From Callorhinchus milii (lineage: Eukaryota), in contig NW_024704743.1 of the NCBI RefSeq assembly GCF_018977255.1, forward strand, positions 14,758,001-14,822,000: a stretch of 64,000 bases of DNA, written 5' to 3'. Position numbers and translations under genes: made by a program. Below are positions 38,980 through 52,000 of this stretch, piece by piece (position 1 is the first letter of the stretch; every line of letters starts with the position of its first letter). A model generated the notes under the pieces. That model saw only the letters and a program-made list of their open reading frames with translations, was not told the DNA's origin and did not search any database.

Positions 38980-40360
38980 TAGCATTTATAGAGGATAATC
39001 AAAGATAGTGGGGTCGCTGTGAGATGAGGAAAGTAATGTGATGGCTGAGCAAACCAGCAGAGTTATTCTATTTTGCCTCAATGTTTACAGAGGAGGGGGA
39101 TATTGGTTATATAAGAATATCGGAAAGGAATATGTAGAAATGGATAGGACATGTAGATATTAAACTGGAGATTGTGAGAAAGGGTTTAATGGGACTTAAA
39201 GTGGATAAATCTCCAGGTCCTGATGAGATATATCCCAGAATCCTGAGGAAAGGCAATGATAAAATAATGGAGGCTCTGACTGTCATTTTCTAGAAGTCTA
39301 TAGGCACAGGGGTTTTCCCAAAGGACTAGAAACTGGCAAATATCATTCTGTTGTTTAAAATAATAAAATGCATTGTAGGCAAGGTGTTGGAGATGATAAT
39401 AAGGGATGTCACTATGGAACATGATGAAAAGATGGACCCGATGAGGGTTACTCAGTATAGTTTAATAAAGGGAAGATCGTCTGACTAATATGATTACATG
39501 TTTTGAAGAAGTCAAAAATGTGGATAAGGTAGATGCAGTGGATGTTGTTTATTTGTGTATAAGGAAGGCTTTCGATAAGGTGCAGCAAAACAGGAGCGAC
39601 TAAAATTAAGGTACGTGGAAGGGTACATGGATAGAGAAATGGTTGCAAGACAGGTGGCAAACAATGTGAGTACAGGAATGTTTATCCGTTTGGTCAAAAG
39701 TAGCTAGTAGTGTGCCTTGGGGTTCAGTGTTAGAACTTCTTTTATTCTCTCTTATATGTATACATATATCAATGCTCTGGATGCAGGAACTAGTATCTAA
39801 ATTTTATACTGTATTAGGAGATCCTGATAACAGTGGTAGAGAGTGCAGGAAGCTCTGAATATATATTGTCAGGTGTGCTTAATGCAGTTCAATATACAAA
39901 AATGTGGTGGATTTGGGGAGACAGAATAGGAAATAGAATTCTACCCTATGTGGTAGAATTTTTAATGGGGTAAAAGAACAGAAGGATCTGGGAGAATAAA
40001 CAGTTCATGAAAATAGGGTAGACTTTTAACAGCAGGTAGAGTAAGCTGTTAAAAGGCTAAATAGGATTCAGGCTTTTACATACAGAGTCTTTGAATAGAA
40101 AACAAAGTGGTAATGAATCTGTGTAAGACATTAGTTAAATAATAATCCTTTCACTTGCCATTTGCATTTGGAGAGAATGAATTTCTCCCAGTATATTGGC
40201 CAACAATTTCCCAAATAACTTCTCCCACGTCATTGCCATGATTGCTGTTAGAGCAGAATTAATTTAAGAAAGAACTGGGTATATAAAGAAAGAATATGGG
40301 GAAAAAGTAGAGAATTGGAACCAAGGTGAATCACTTCTAGGAAGAGCAAGCACTGATGGT
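38980..40360 (+). mobile_element. Decayed CR1 RT region
   Basis: LKVDKSPGPDEIYPRILR, KAFDKV, VPWGSVL, KEQKDLG. Confidence 0.8.
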
Positions 40361-40584
40361 TCTATGGCTAACCACATACTTCCTCAGATCATGGTGACGA
40401 ATATGGCCAGAGGCTGTGTTAAGAGTGTCTTTACTGCTTTTTTCAAAAAAAAAGAAAAATGTGGACACTGAACATTGACATACTGTTATTATTATTATTT
40501 ATTTCTAAAGCACTTTCTGCATAACAAATCCTACACTTTGAGGCCGGAGACATGTTTAATTATTTTCCGATGGGACAATCCTAA

Positions 40585-40975
40585 TAGTATAGCGCATAGA
40601 GCTGCAGGTTGTGAACCAATAACGCCAACAACTCACTGGTTTGAATCTTGGTCTGTGCTGTGCTGGTCTCAGACAGGGCTGCAAGGGAGAGGCTAATTTG
40701 ACCCCGAGCCTCTCCAGGTTCAGGGGAAAAACAGCCAGGATTCTTGCTCTCTCTGCAGCATTCTCTGCTGGTTTTGTGAGAGTGTGAGTGTATCGCAGAC
40801 AGAAGGGGAAGGGTTCAGGCCCAGTTGTACACCCTCTACAGACCCGGCGACACCCACTGTCACGACTCATGTGTGACACTATTCTACTTTGTCAGAGTAA
40901 CTAGCGCTTGTGCAACCACACCCTAACAAGAGCCTTGAGCTTGGAGGAAGCAAATTCCAATGGGGGGAAAATTAA
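40585..40975 (+). mobile_element. Older SINE-like repeat (family of 13150-13495)
   Basis: ggtttgaatc B-box-like head, aaacagccaggattcttgct, gacacccactgtc. Confidence 0.5.
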
Positions 40976-42509
40976 ACAAATAATTAGACACTTAATTTTT
41001 TTTAAATAAATAATATTTTTATGAAGACGTGAATAATGCAGTCTCTGGATACAGCAATGAAACTTAAGAACATAAGAAGTCCATTTGGCCAATCGAGCTT
41101 GCTCCGCTTTTAAGTGTATTTGCATGCCTTTCTCCAAGCCCTTTAATATCCACTTACTTACCAATTACCTATATACTTATCTTTTGAAATAGATCAACCA
41201 AGTCCGTATCTATATCCTTCTAAGGCAGTCGGTTTCATACTCTCAGAATCCTTTGTGTAAAGATTTTTTTCTGGACTCACCGTCAGAAGAAAACATCTGT
41301 GTTATGGATCAAATGTGTCTTACTTGTGTTCTATGGAACAACTGGTTTACTTCAGAAAATATTTAATAGAAATATTTGTATTCTTACACCTAAAAATATA
41401 TTTTTATGAAGATGCATTTTGGACTCTTTTTAGTCATCTTCTGACAATTGCTCTTCTGAAGACAAGTGTATAACTAAATGTTTTGGGATCCATTAGAGAA
41501 TTCTACGAAATATTCATCAGCTCATTGTAATCGCCTCTTAAAAGTAATTTAGAAAGATGGTGTTGGAAACGAGTGGTACAGTATCACAAAATAAATAAAT
41601 ACCAAAGCCATAAAACAAAATAATCACAAGTAGGCAATATCATCATTGCCTGCAATTAAAATTATCAGGTCAAATAAAATTTCAGAATTAAAATATATAC
41701 CTTTGTGCTTCTGTGGCAAACGGGCCAAATGATAGCAGGCATCTGAGTTAATTGTATCCCATGTACAAGTAGAAAATGATGCAAACAAGTGTGGGGAAGT
41801 AGAGCAGTGTAAGACCTCCGGAGAATCAATCCATTTTCAGTTATTACAATTAACATTTACATAGTGTCTTTCACGTCGGGAGGACATCTGAAAGCACTTC
41901 ACACAGCTGACTGGGAACTAAAGCTGGGGCGGGGGTAGCGGGAGTGGGATGAGAGAGAGATTTTAAAATAGCTGACTGACCAAACACCAGAGCACATTAA
42001 TTGCACAAGTGAGGCAATCATGGTGCTCATGGCAGTGATTTGTATTCAGTCTTCTCAAGTATTTTTTTCAAAAGAGTAAATATCCATATTTATATACAGT
42101 ACTTTGATTTTGTTTACATATAGATATATACAGAAAGATATATATTACATAAATAATAATAAATAGTAATCCTTGCATTTGATTGTTAAACTGAAGTCCT
42201 GTTTGTCAGTTCAAATGGCCTTCAAGAATTCCCCGACACTATTCTAAAAGAGAGCTTTTCCCGGTGTCCTACCCAATGATATACAAATTGATTATACCTT
42301 TCATGGCTGTTTGTGGAAACTTGTGTACAAATTGTCTGCTGTATTTGCTGTATACGGTCATCATACATGACAAATTACGTTGCTCACTTTGAGACAATTT
42401 GATGTATAAACACTATGTTAATTGCAAGGATACTTCATTGTGGTATGGGCACAAACTGACAAGTCACGATATTGACACATCCTGGTTGTTATGATACGAA
42501 ATTGTGAAG

Positions 42510-42737
42510 CAACAACGATAACAAATTACATTTGTAGAGCGTCCTTCACTTCAGGAGGACATCCCAAGGCGCTTTGACATACCAAGGAATTTTGACCCAA
42601 GCAGGGGCTTGGGATCAGGAGAGGTGGAGAGCAGGAGTAAGAGAGTGACCAAAGACGCGGTCGAAGAGGAGGATCTGGAAACATGCCTTGAAAGAGACAA
42701 AGGAGGGAGCAAGCCAAAGGGATACGGAATGGAGTTC
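42510..42737 (-). mobile_element. Older L2 3' end
   Basis: (AAC)n tail, aggaggacatcccaaggcgc, ggtcgaagaggagg. Confidence 0.8.
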
Positions 42738-42872
42738 TTCTCTTTGACCGTGCCTTCAGCTCCCCTCTCGACTCTCTACCCCCTCCTCGCTCCCTCCCTT
42801 CCCTCCCCTCACCCTGACCATTTCCCCCCTGCTCAGGTCCTGACCCAACTGTACAGCGCCTTGGGACGTCCT
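42738..42872 (+). mobile_element. Young L2 3' fragment lacking its terminal tail
   Basis: Near-identical to the reverse complement of ~9717-9852; flanked by gttc on both sides. Confidence 0.88.
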
Positions 42873-43967
42873 GTTCAAGATAATGGATGAGAAGTAATGT
42901 CATATTTCATAACTTTAGAGATTACAGACGTAAGAGCAATGGAGTACTAGTTTGATGTTAAGAAAACTGCTTTACACAGAGAGTGGGAACCAAGGGAAAA
43001 AAAGATGACTGAAAGCATGGTCAAAGAGGTAAATCTTGAGGTGGGCTTCGAAGGTGAGGAGAGAATCAAAAAGGCCTTGGGAATCGAGTTCCAAAGAGCA
43101 GGGTCAGAATGGCTGAACATTTCTTAACCTCATCATCTCCAGGAATCACAAATAGACCATTCATAACTTCATTATTTTCCTGAATCTCAACATTGAAATC
43201 CATTTAATTCCTCAATTTCTTCCTTTTTCCTATACTCTTCACGCTTTTAAAACTCAACGTTAGTGTCACCTAATCACGTTTTCTTCACTTATATACTAAC
43301 ATTTTTCCTCCCACTCTTTTCAATCTTGAGTGTGTTCAATTATGTTCACCTAGGTTTCTCCATTTAAAAATACTTCCTTTGTAAAATGGCTTTTAAATTA
43401 TATATTCTAACAACAATTGCATGAGCACTCTGTTGACGAATCAACTGTATGAAGGCAGCTGCTCGCAAATTAAGTGAAAGATTGATGGACTTTTAATTAC
43501 AAGAATTTGGAAATGTATTTAATTTTTACCCCATTTTTAATGAACTGTATGTCACTTATTCATGCATATAAACCCCCACCTGTGCAGTGTTACCATTTGT
43601 GGCTTATTTAAGTGGAAACATTTACAATTCACTAATTTTACAAAATTCAATTATCCTTTCTCCTTAGGGTGGAGCCATCTGTAGTTTAGTAAACTTGAGG
43701 CCAAAGGAAACTATCAATGGACAATGGTTTTGTATTTTTGTTGACAGTTCTTCAAATAAAGCTTTAATATGAGTTTTCATAATGAAACCAATACATTTTA
43801 CAAATACACAGCAACACTGACAGTGTTTTTTTTATAATAGAAGGACTATTAGAACACTATGAAGTATTATTTTGGGATTGGGATGATGGAATTTTATGAG
43901 TAAAATACTTCCAATACTTTGCAAATGACTTTAATAACTCAAATCTAATTTCTGTAGTTAATAGGTA

Positions 43968-44383
43968 TCAGTTCGTAGCACTCTCACCTCTGAGTTGTGG
44001 GTTCAAGCCCAACGTTAGGACTTGAAATCCAGGTTGTCCATGAGGACACTCCAATGCAATGCCGGGGGTGTGTTGCATAGGTGCATAGGTGCTGTCCTTT
44101 GGATGAGATGGTAAAGTGAGGTCTCGTCCATCTTTCCAGATCAACATTAAAGATCCCATGGCACTATTCGAAAAGAACAGGGAGTTTCTCCCAGTAACCT
44201 GCTCAACAATCCCCCAGCACACTCACTCCATGGCTGCTTGTGGGACATTGCTGTGTGAAAAATTGGCTGCTGTATTCACCCACAAAATACACAGTCACAT
44301 CACTTTACAGTATATACTATAAAGCGCTTTAGAGAGGCCTCAATAACGTGATAAGGAGTTGTACCAAATGCAACGATTACTAT
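43968..44383 (+). mobile_element. SacSINE1-like Deu SINE
   Basis: gtagcactctcacctctgag..gggttcaagccc head, aaagatcccatggcactattcgaa, Deu core, L2-type tail. Confidence 0.8.
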
Positions 44384-44719
44384 CAACAGGCGCATTGCCA
44401 TTCTGTAAAGAGGCCTCTCATGCCCTCACCCCCTAGATTTTCTTTCCCTCCCACCATAAACTGAAATCCAACCACTCTGGCAGAGTGCATCTGAAGTATA
44501 TACTCCTGCATTAGCCCACCATATCCATATGGCCAATAAGAATATCTACCAAATGGCAAAGAGAAAAGCATTGAAGTAGACTGCACCAAGTCAACAACAA
44601 AATAAAACAAGTCACACATTCGACAGGTTTTCTTAGTTGTGCAAGACTGACTCACTCACTTTGAGCAACTCGTGACTATTCTCGTGAGGAGGGGAGGAGA
44701 GAGAGAGGTGAACTTGGTG

Positions 44720-45258
44720 CCAAGGTGACATGTTTGGCATCAGAATGGCAGAATCGTGTTAGCCAGCAGTCTTGGTAGTTCACTTCCTAAGACAGACAAG
44801 CCCACAGTCCAGAGCACTGCTAATGACAGCCCAGTCAACCTGGCCCATCAACCGCACTGGGAAGAACAAATCAATCATTGAGGCCATCGATTCTTGCCAC
44901 TCAGCTCATGTTAACCCTACAAGGGCAGCCCTGACAGGTAGGGTGGGCCTAGCAGGGCAAGCAGTAAGAAGCTTGTCAGACCATGGCAACCTATGTGGAT
45001 TCAGCCAGTTATATTCCAATAGTAATCCAAAGCACATTCTGGGATCCCAAGCTTTGTCTCTTGCCAACCAGTACCTAACGTTCTCTGAAATTAAGTAATC
45101 GGGGTGTGTCCCTATGAGGAGAGAGTTTGCATTCCATTCCAGATAGTCAGATTTCCATGTGGTACTCATGGACATGGTACTCCCTGTTAGGTTTGGATAC
45201 TCTTAAGCATGGTGCTGGTTTTCTGCATGTGTCAAGATATATTTCTGACCAAAAACAA
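44720..45258 (+). repeat. Unclassified ~550-bp A-tailed repeat, copy 3
   Basis: Similarity to copies 1 and 2. Confidence 0.75.
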
Positions 45259-46099
45259 ATCTCAGTGACTTGGACTTGTACAACTTATTGACAAGTATTT
45301 CGACACTGATAAAATAACTCCCAAGATGCACAATTACCAATCCAATGCCCTAGATTTTTGAATAGGTTTATTCATCATTCACACCTTTATAGTAGAAATG
45401 CAAATTAATTCATAACTCATCCTACCTATTCAAAACAACAGAAACCAAAATATGTTCAGAGTTGCAAACTGAACCTAAGCAAACAGCAACCGATTAATCA
45501 GAACCGCTGTTTAATTGCAGGGTGCAATGTTAGCCCATCAACAATCTCTTTTTTGCTGATAATTATATCTGACTGGATTGCAGTAAACTTGCTGTTGTGA
45601 TGGATTGCTTACAGCTCTGCATTAGACATCGCCCTGATCTGTAGCACTTGTAATGCTGTTTATAGAAACATCTCATCAAACGCTGATATGTGAGCCAGTT
45701 TTGCTGCATTTATTTCAGTTCTCCTTTCTATTCCATCCTGCTCATCTTTGACACCAGAAGAATGACATAACACAGCCCATGGAACCCTGGCCTGGTCAAC
45801 AGTAAATCTGATGTACAAGCTTTATGCACAAATAATTATATGTTAAAAAACAGATAATTATGTGTTTGCCAGTGGTATTTGATGTTGTATTACCCTCTAG
45901 TTGATAATATATCAAACCATAGCATAAGAAATCTGTCAAGACCTCATCATTCAAAATGCCAAACAGCAGGTTTGCCATTTCATTTCTTTTTGATTGAACT
46001 ATTCCTAAACCAACTCACAACCCCGAGAAATAAAAAAAACAAGCAAACTGAATTCCACTCAATATGTGCAGAAGGTATTATGTTAGCAAACGCAGGACT

Positions 46100-46367
46100 A
46101 CCATAAGCTTCTGTTTACCTAGCAGTAAGTAGAAATCTGGTTGTTAGTCGATTGGTGAATCGCTTTATTTTAAATAAATAAATTAATAAAAATTTGGTCA
46201 CTCGATCCACAACTGTTTGTGGGACACTGTTGTGCAAAATTGTCTGCCGCGTTTCGCCCACAAAACAGTCAATTCACTTTATTGCATATGTATACCCTGT
46301 AAAGAGCTTTGAGACATCTCAACGACATGATAAGGTGTTATAGCAAATGCAACGATTATTAATATTA
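46100..46367 (+). mobile_element. Deu SINE, long subtype, head lost
   Basis: ctgtttacctagcagtaagtag insert, Deu core and tail. Confidence 0.8.
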
Positions 46368-49049
46368 CCACCATTCACACAGAGGAAACCCAGTGGGTTG
46401 GGTCACAGTGATTCTCACTGTATACCTCGGCCGATAAACTGGAATCTCATTGTAGTTTATGGGTCGCAGAACACTTCAGATTCTTGTCCTCTTCAATTTT
46501 CCCCAGCCTGCTCTTGGCTCATAATCTGGAGTCCAAGCCAGCCCCAGGCTCACTCCAACTCCTGATCCAGATTTGAATGACCATTGACACTTCAGTTCAG
46601 AATTCACATTGAAAGTTGGAAGGCCTGAGAAGATGAACAAAATGTGGCACGTCCAATCTATTGGAAAATCAGTCCCAATATTAATGGATTTAAGTGCTTT
46701 GAAACATTGTGGCGACATGATAATTTGCCATATCAAATGCAATTATTATTATTATTGATTACGATGGCTTCTCACACTCAGCACATGTTTGACTGGACCA
46801 TGTGCACAATACAATCTACACAATTGATAGGTTGATTGAACTGTACATACCACAAGCAGCTGACCACCTGACCATAAATGGACTCAAAGGGTAAGAAAAA
46901 ACTGCACATAGCAAGGGGTGAGAAAAAAAAATCAATTTTTATCATGTTTATTTACTGCAATTGTAAGTGGGAGTTTCTTTGTCGAATAAAGGCATGTTTC
47001 TAAGCAAACTACAGCTAGAGCTCCACACATTTCCATGGCTCCTTCTTTCAATTCTCAGTTGTAATCAAGGGCACCAAGGCTTAAGTATTCAGTAGAATTT
47101 GGCTGCTGGATGTAAAGGCCATGGACCCATGTACTACGTCATAATATTCTCTGATCTCAATTTCAGATGCACAGGTGGAAGTGACTGGGGTACCCTTTCA
47201 CAACAAAGGGAACTAGTGGAATGTATGACATTGCAGCAGTGCCCTTCAAAGCCCATCTAGAATACCTTTCACGTTGTTGGGTGTAATTCATTCTGCTGTC
47301 AATTTTGGATGCTTCCTGAATCTCACAAAGAATCAAGCTTTATGACATCAAACGGTGGAACATTTTGAAGCCACTTCAAACTATAGCTGATGTTTTCTAT
47401 TAATTAGTATATATAGCACTGGAGTTACAATAATCGAGGTAGAATATAGTCAATGTGTGTGAATGGCACTTGTGCAAGTCACTGATTCCAATTCAGTTGA
47501 GGTAGGTCACTAATTACCTTAACAAATAGTTAATGAATACTCCTCAGGTAAAATAGCAGCATCTTAATAATAAACAATAATAATCCTTGTATTTGGTATT
47601 GCACCTTATCACGTCGGAAGGACCTCTCAAATTGCGTCAAGGGATTTACTGTGAAATAAAGTCACTGTGTATTTGTAGGCAACGTGGCAGCACAATCTTC
47701 AAACTGTTTCACATGAAATTTTAAAATGTTATTAACAATACGAACTTATTAGCTAGATACTGACAAACATCATCAGAAGTTCTGGCCTTGCAACTCATTC
47801 AAATATTTTACTTTACTGAAAAGTAGTTTTACCCATACATCAGATCTACATACAAATAAATTCTCAGATCATTTAAGTGTAGCACAGATGAATTGGTGAT
47901 GTATGTCAACAAAGAAAATCATGAATTGCAATAAGACATTGAGTTTAAGGCAGTAAAGGAGCCGAAAAACAGGACGGTTTTCGCTATCATAAGAAATGCT
48001 AGACGAAAAAAGACCAAGGTCCATCTAGTTCGCCTTCCACCTGTTTGGCGGTCGCATGCACATATGTCCCAAACTACTTATGTACTATATCCCATAACTA
48101 TATCCTAACTATATCCAACTATATTAGCAAACATATAACATTGTACCCAAAGGCTTGCAATGTTTTCAATATTAAAATGTGTGGCACCAGTGGTTCTTTG
48201 TCTTTGTAGCAAGGCAAACTTATTTCACATTTTATTCAAATAGGGGAGAAAAATGCAGAATGCCATGTGATCATTATCACCAGTTTGTAAATATCACATC
48301 ACATATCCACGTTATTAAAATGCTGAACTCATGTGTTTTCTGTATTGTTGCCAGCCCATTTTTTCAATTCAATCTGGGACTACAAGAGGAAAGTAAATAT
48401 AAATATCTACATAGTACCAAACAAACACTCATTTCCTTCCAACTATATATATTTGGGACATTCTTATACTCTGTACTTTTATGCCACTTAAGAAGCAGCA
48501 ACATTGGCATTCACTGAACTGCGAAACTGATTAAATTCTGGATGGATGTAAATGGGATATTCAGCCTTAAAACAATCAATTACAAACAGATTTATGTATG
48601 AATATAACATGAACTGAACAGCATGTTCTACATACAGTTTGTGATCGCATACAGTACACACCCCAGCATCCCCTTATACAATACGTACACATACACATCC
48701 AATCAGGATATACCACCAGCAGTGTGACTACACTCGCGTTTCTCATATCACACACACGCACACGGAGTCCGTGCCACTCACAGAATGTCAGTATGGTTTA
48801 TTTACAACACGTAGCATCTACACATATGTGCAGTGTGTGCCTATCCTGGCTGCCATCAAATATAAACATATCACACAATCTTGCACACTACTCAAACACC
48901 AACCTCCCCTCACAGAACATAACCACACTCAGTCAGAGCCACTCAAAGTTCAGAAATTTGTTTATTGCTTACAGTTTCTACAAAAACACAAAGTTTATGT
49001 ATTATGTCAAATCCCAGCCTCCCCTCACACAGTACATAACACACCACTG

Positions 49050-52000
49050 ACTCTCTCACTCGGTGTCACTCTCTCACTCGGTGTCACTTTCTCATTCGGT
49101 GTCACTCTCTCAGTCGGTGTCACTCTCTCAGTCGGTGTCACTTTCTCACTCGGTGTCACTTTCTCACTCGGTGTCACACTCTCACTCGGTGTCACTCTCT
49201 CACTCGGAGTCACTTTCTCATTCGGTGTCACTCTATCACTCGGTGTCACTCTCTCACTCGGTGTCACTCTCACACCAAGTGTCATTCTCACACTCAGTGT
49301 TATTCAGTGTCAGTCTCACACCCAGTATCATTCTGACACTCAGTGTCACTCAGTGTCACTCTCACACTCAGTGTCACTCAGTGTCACTTTTACACTCATT
49401 GTCACTCTCACACCCAGTGTCACTCTTAAACGCAGCATCAGTCTCACAAGCAGTATCACTCTCACACCCGGTGTCACTCTCACACCCAGTGTCACTCTCA
49501 CACCCAGTGTCACTCTCACACCCAGTGTCACTCAATGTCACTTACACAGCCAGTATCACTCTCACACTCTGTGTCATCCAGTGTCACTCACACTTAGTGT
49601 CACTCTCACACTCAGTGTCACTGTCACACCCAGTGTAACTCACACTGCCAGTGTCATTCTCACAGTTAGTGTCACTCTCACACTAGGTGTCACTTTCACA
49701 CTCAGTATCACTCTCACACTTGGTGTCACTTAGTGTCACACTTACACCCAGTGTCACTCAGTGTAATTCTCACACTCAGTTTCACTCTCACACTCAGTAT
49801 CGCTCTCACACTCAATGTCACTCAGTTTCACTCTCACATTCAGTCTCACTCTCAATCTAAGTGTCACTCTCATACTCAGTGCCACTCAGAGTCACTCTCA
49901 CACCCAGTTTCACTCAGTGTCACTCTAACACTGAGTATCACTCAGCGTCACACTCACACTCAGTGTCACTCTCACACCCAGTGTCACTCAGTGTCACTTT
50001 CACACTCATTATCACTCTCACATCCAGTGTCACTCTCACACCCAGTGTCACTCTCAAACGCAGTGTCACTCTCACAAGCAGTGTCACTCCCACACCCAGT
50101 GTCACACTCACACCCAGTGTCATTCTCACACCCAGTATCATTCCCACACTCAGTATCATTCTCACACTCAGTGTCACTCTGTTACTCTTACACTCAGAGT
50201 CACACTCACACCCAGTATCACTCAGTGTCATTCTCACATCCAGTGTCACTCTCAAACTCAGTATAACTCAGTGTCATTCTCACGCTCAGACGCACACACA
50301 CTCATTGTCACTCTCACACTCAATGTCTGTCACTCAGTTTCACTCTCACACCCTGTGTTACTCTCACACCCAGTGTCACTCTCATACTCAGTGTCACTCT
50401 CACACCCAGTGTTGCTCTCAAACCCAGTATCACTCAATGTCACTTGCACACCCAGTATCACTCTCACATCCTGTGTCACCCAGTGTCACTCACACTCAGT
50501 GTCACTCTCACACTCAGTGTCACTGTCACACCCAGTGTCACTGTCACACCCACTCAATCAGTGTCATTCTCACATCTAGTGTCATTCTCACACCCAGTGT
50601 CACTCTCAAACTCAAAGTCACTCAGTGTCACTACTCACACTAAGTGTCATTCTCACACTCAGTGTCACTCAGTGTCACACTCACACTCAGTGTCACTCAG
50701 TATAACTTTCACACTCAGTGTCACTCTCACACTCAGTGTCACTCGCACACCTAGTGTTACTCTCGCACCCAGTGTCATTCGGTGTCACTCTCACACTCAG
50801 TGTCACTCTCACACTCAGTGTCACTCTCACACTCAGTGTCACTCTCACACCAAGTGTCGCTCTCACTCTCATACTCATCGTCACTCCGTTTCACTCTCAC
50901 ATCTAGTGTCATTCTCGCACCCAGTGTCACTCTCAAACTCAAAGTCATTCAGTGTCACCCTCACACTCAGTGTCACTCAGTGTCACTCTCACACCCAGTG
51001 TCACTCTCACACTCAGTGTCACTCAGTGTCACTCTCACACCCAGTGTCATTCTCACACCCAGTGTCATTTAGTGTCACTCTCATATCCTGTGTCACTCTC
51101 ATACTCATTGTCATTCTCACACTCAGTGTCACTCTCACAGTGTCACCCTCAAACCTAGTGTCACTCTCACATCCAGTGTCACTCTCACACCTAGTGTCAT
51201 TCAGTTCATTCTCACACTCAGTGTCACTCCCACACTCAGTGTCACTCTCTCAGTGTCACTCTCACACCCAGTGTCACTCTCACACTCAGTGTCACTCGCA
51301 CACTCAGTGTCACTCTCACTCAGTGTCACTCAGTGTCACTCTCACAGTCAGTGTCACTCTCACACTCAGTGTCACTCTCACACTCAGTGTCACTCAGTGT
51401 TACTCTCACACTCAGTGTCACTCTCTCTCAGTGTCACTCTCACACTCAGTGTCACTCTCACTCAGTGTCACTCTCACATTCAGTTTACTCTCACACTCAG
51501 TGTCACTCAGTGTCACTCTCACACTCAGTATCACTCTCACACTCAGTGTCACTCAGTGTCACTCTCACACTCAGTGTCACTCTCACACTCAGTGTCACTC
51601 TCTCACTCAGTGTCACTCTCACACTCAGTGTCACTCTCACACTCAGTGTCACTCTCACACCCAGTGTCACTCTCACATTCTGTGTCACCCAGTGTCACTC
51701 ACACTCAGTGTCACTGTCACACTCAGTGTCACTCTCACACCCAGTGTCATTCTCACACCCAGTGTCACTCTCAAATTCAGTGTCATCTAGTGTCACACTC
51801 ACACTCAGTGTCATTCGGTGTCACTCTCACACTCAGTGTCACTCTCACACTCAGTATTACTCCCACACCGAATTTCGCTCTCACTCTCATACTCACCGTC
51901 ACTCCGTTTCACTCTCACATCTAGTGTCATTCTCGCACCCAGTGTCACTCTCAAACTCAAAGTCATTCAGTGTCACCCTCACACTCAGTGTCACTCAGTG

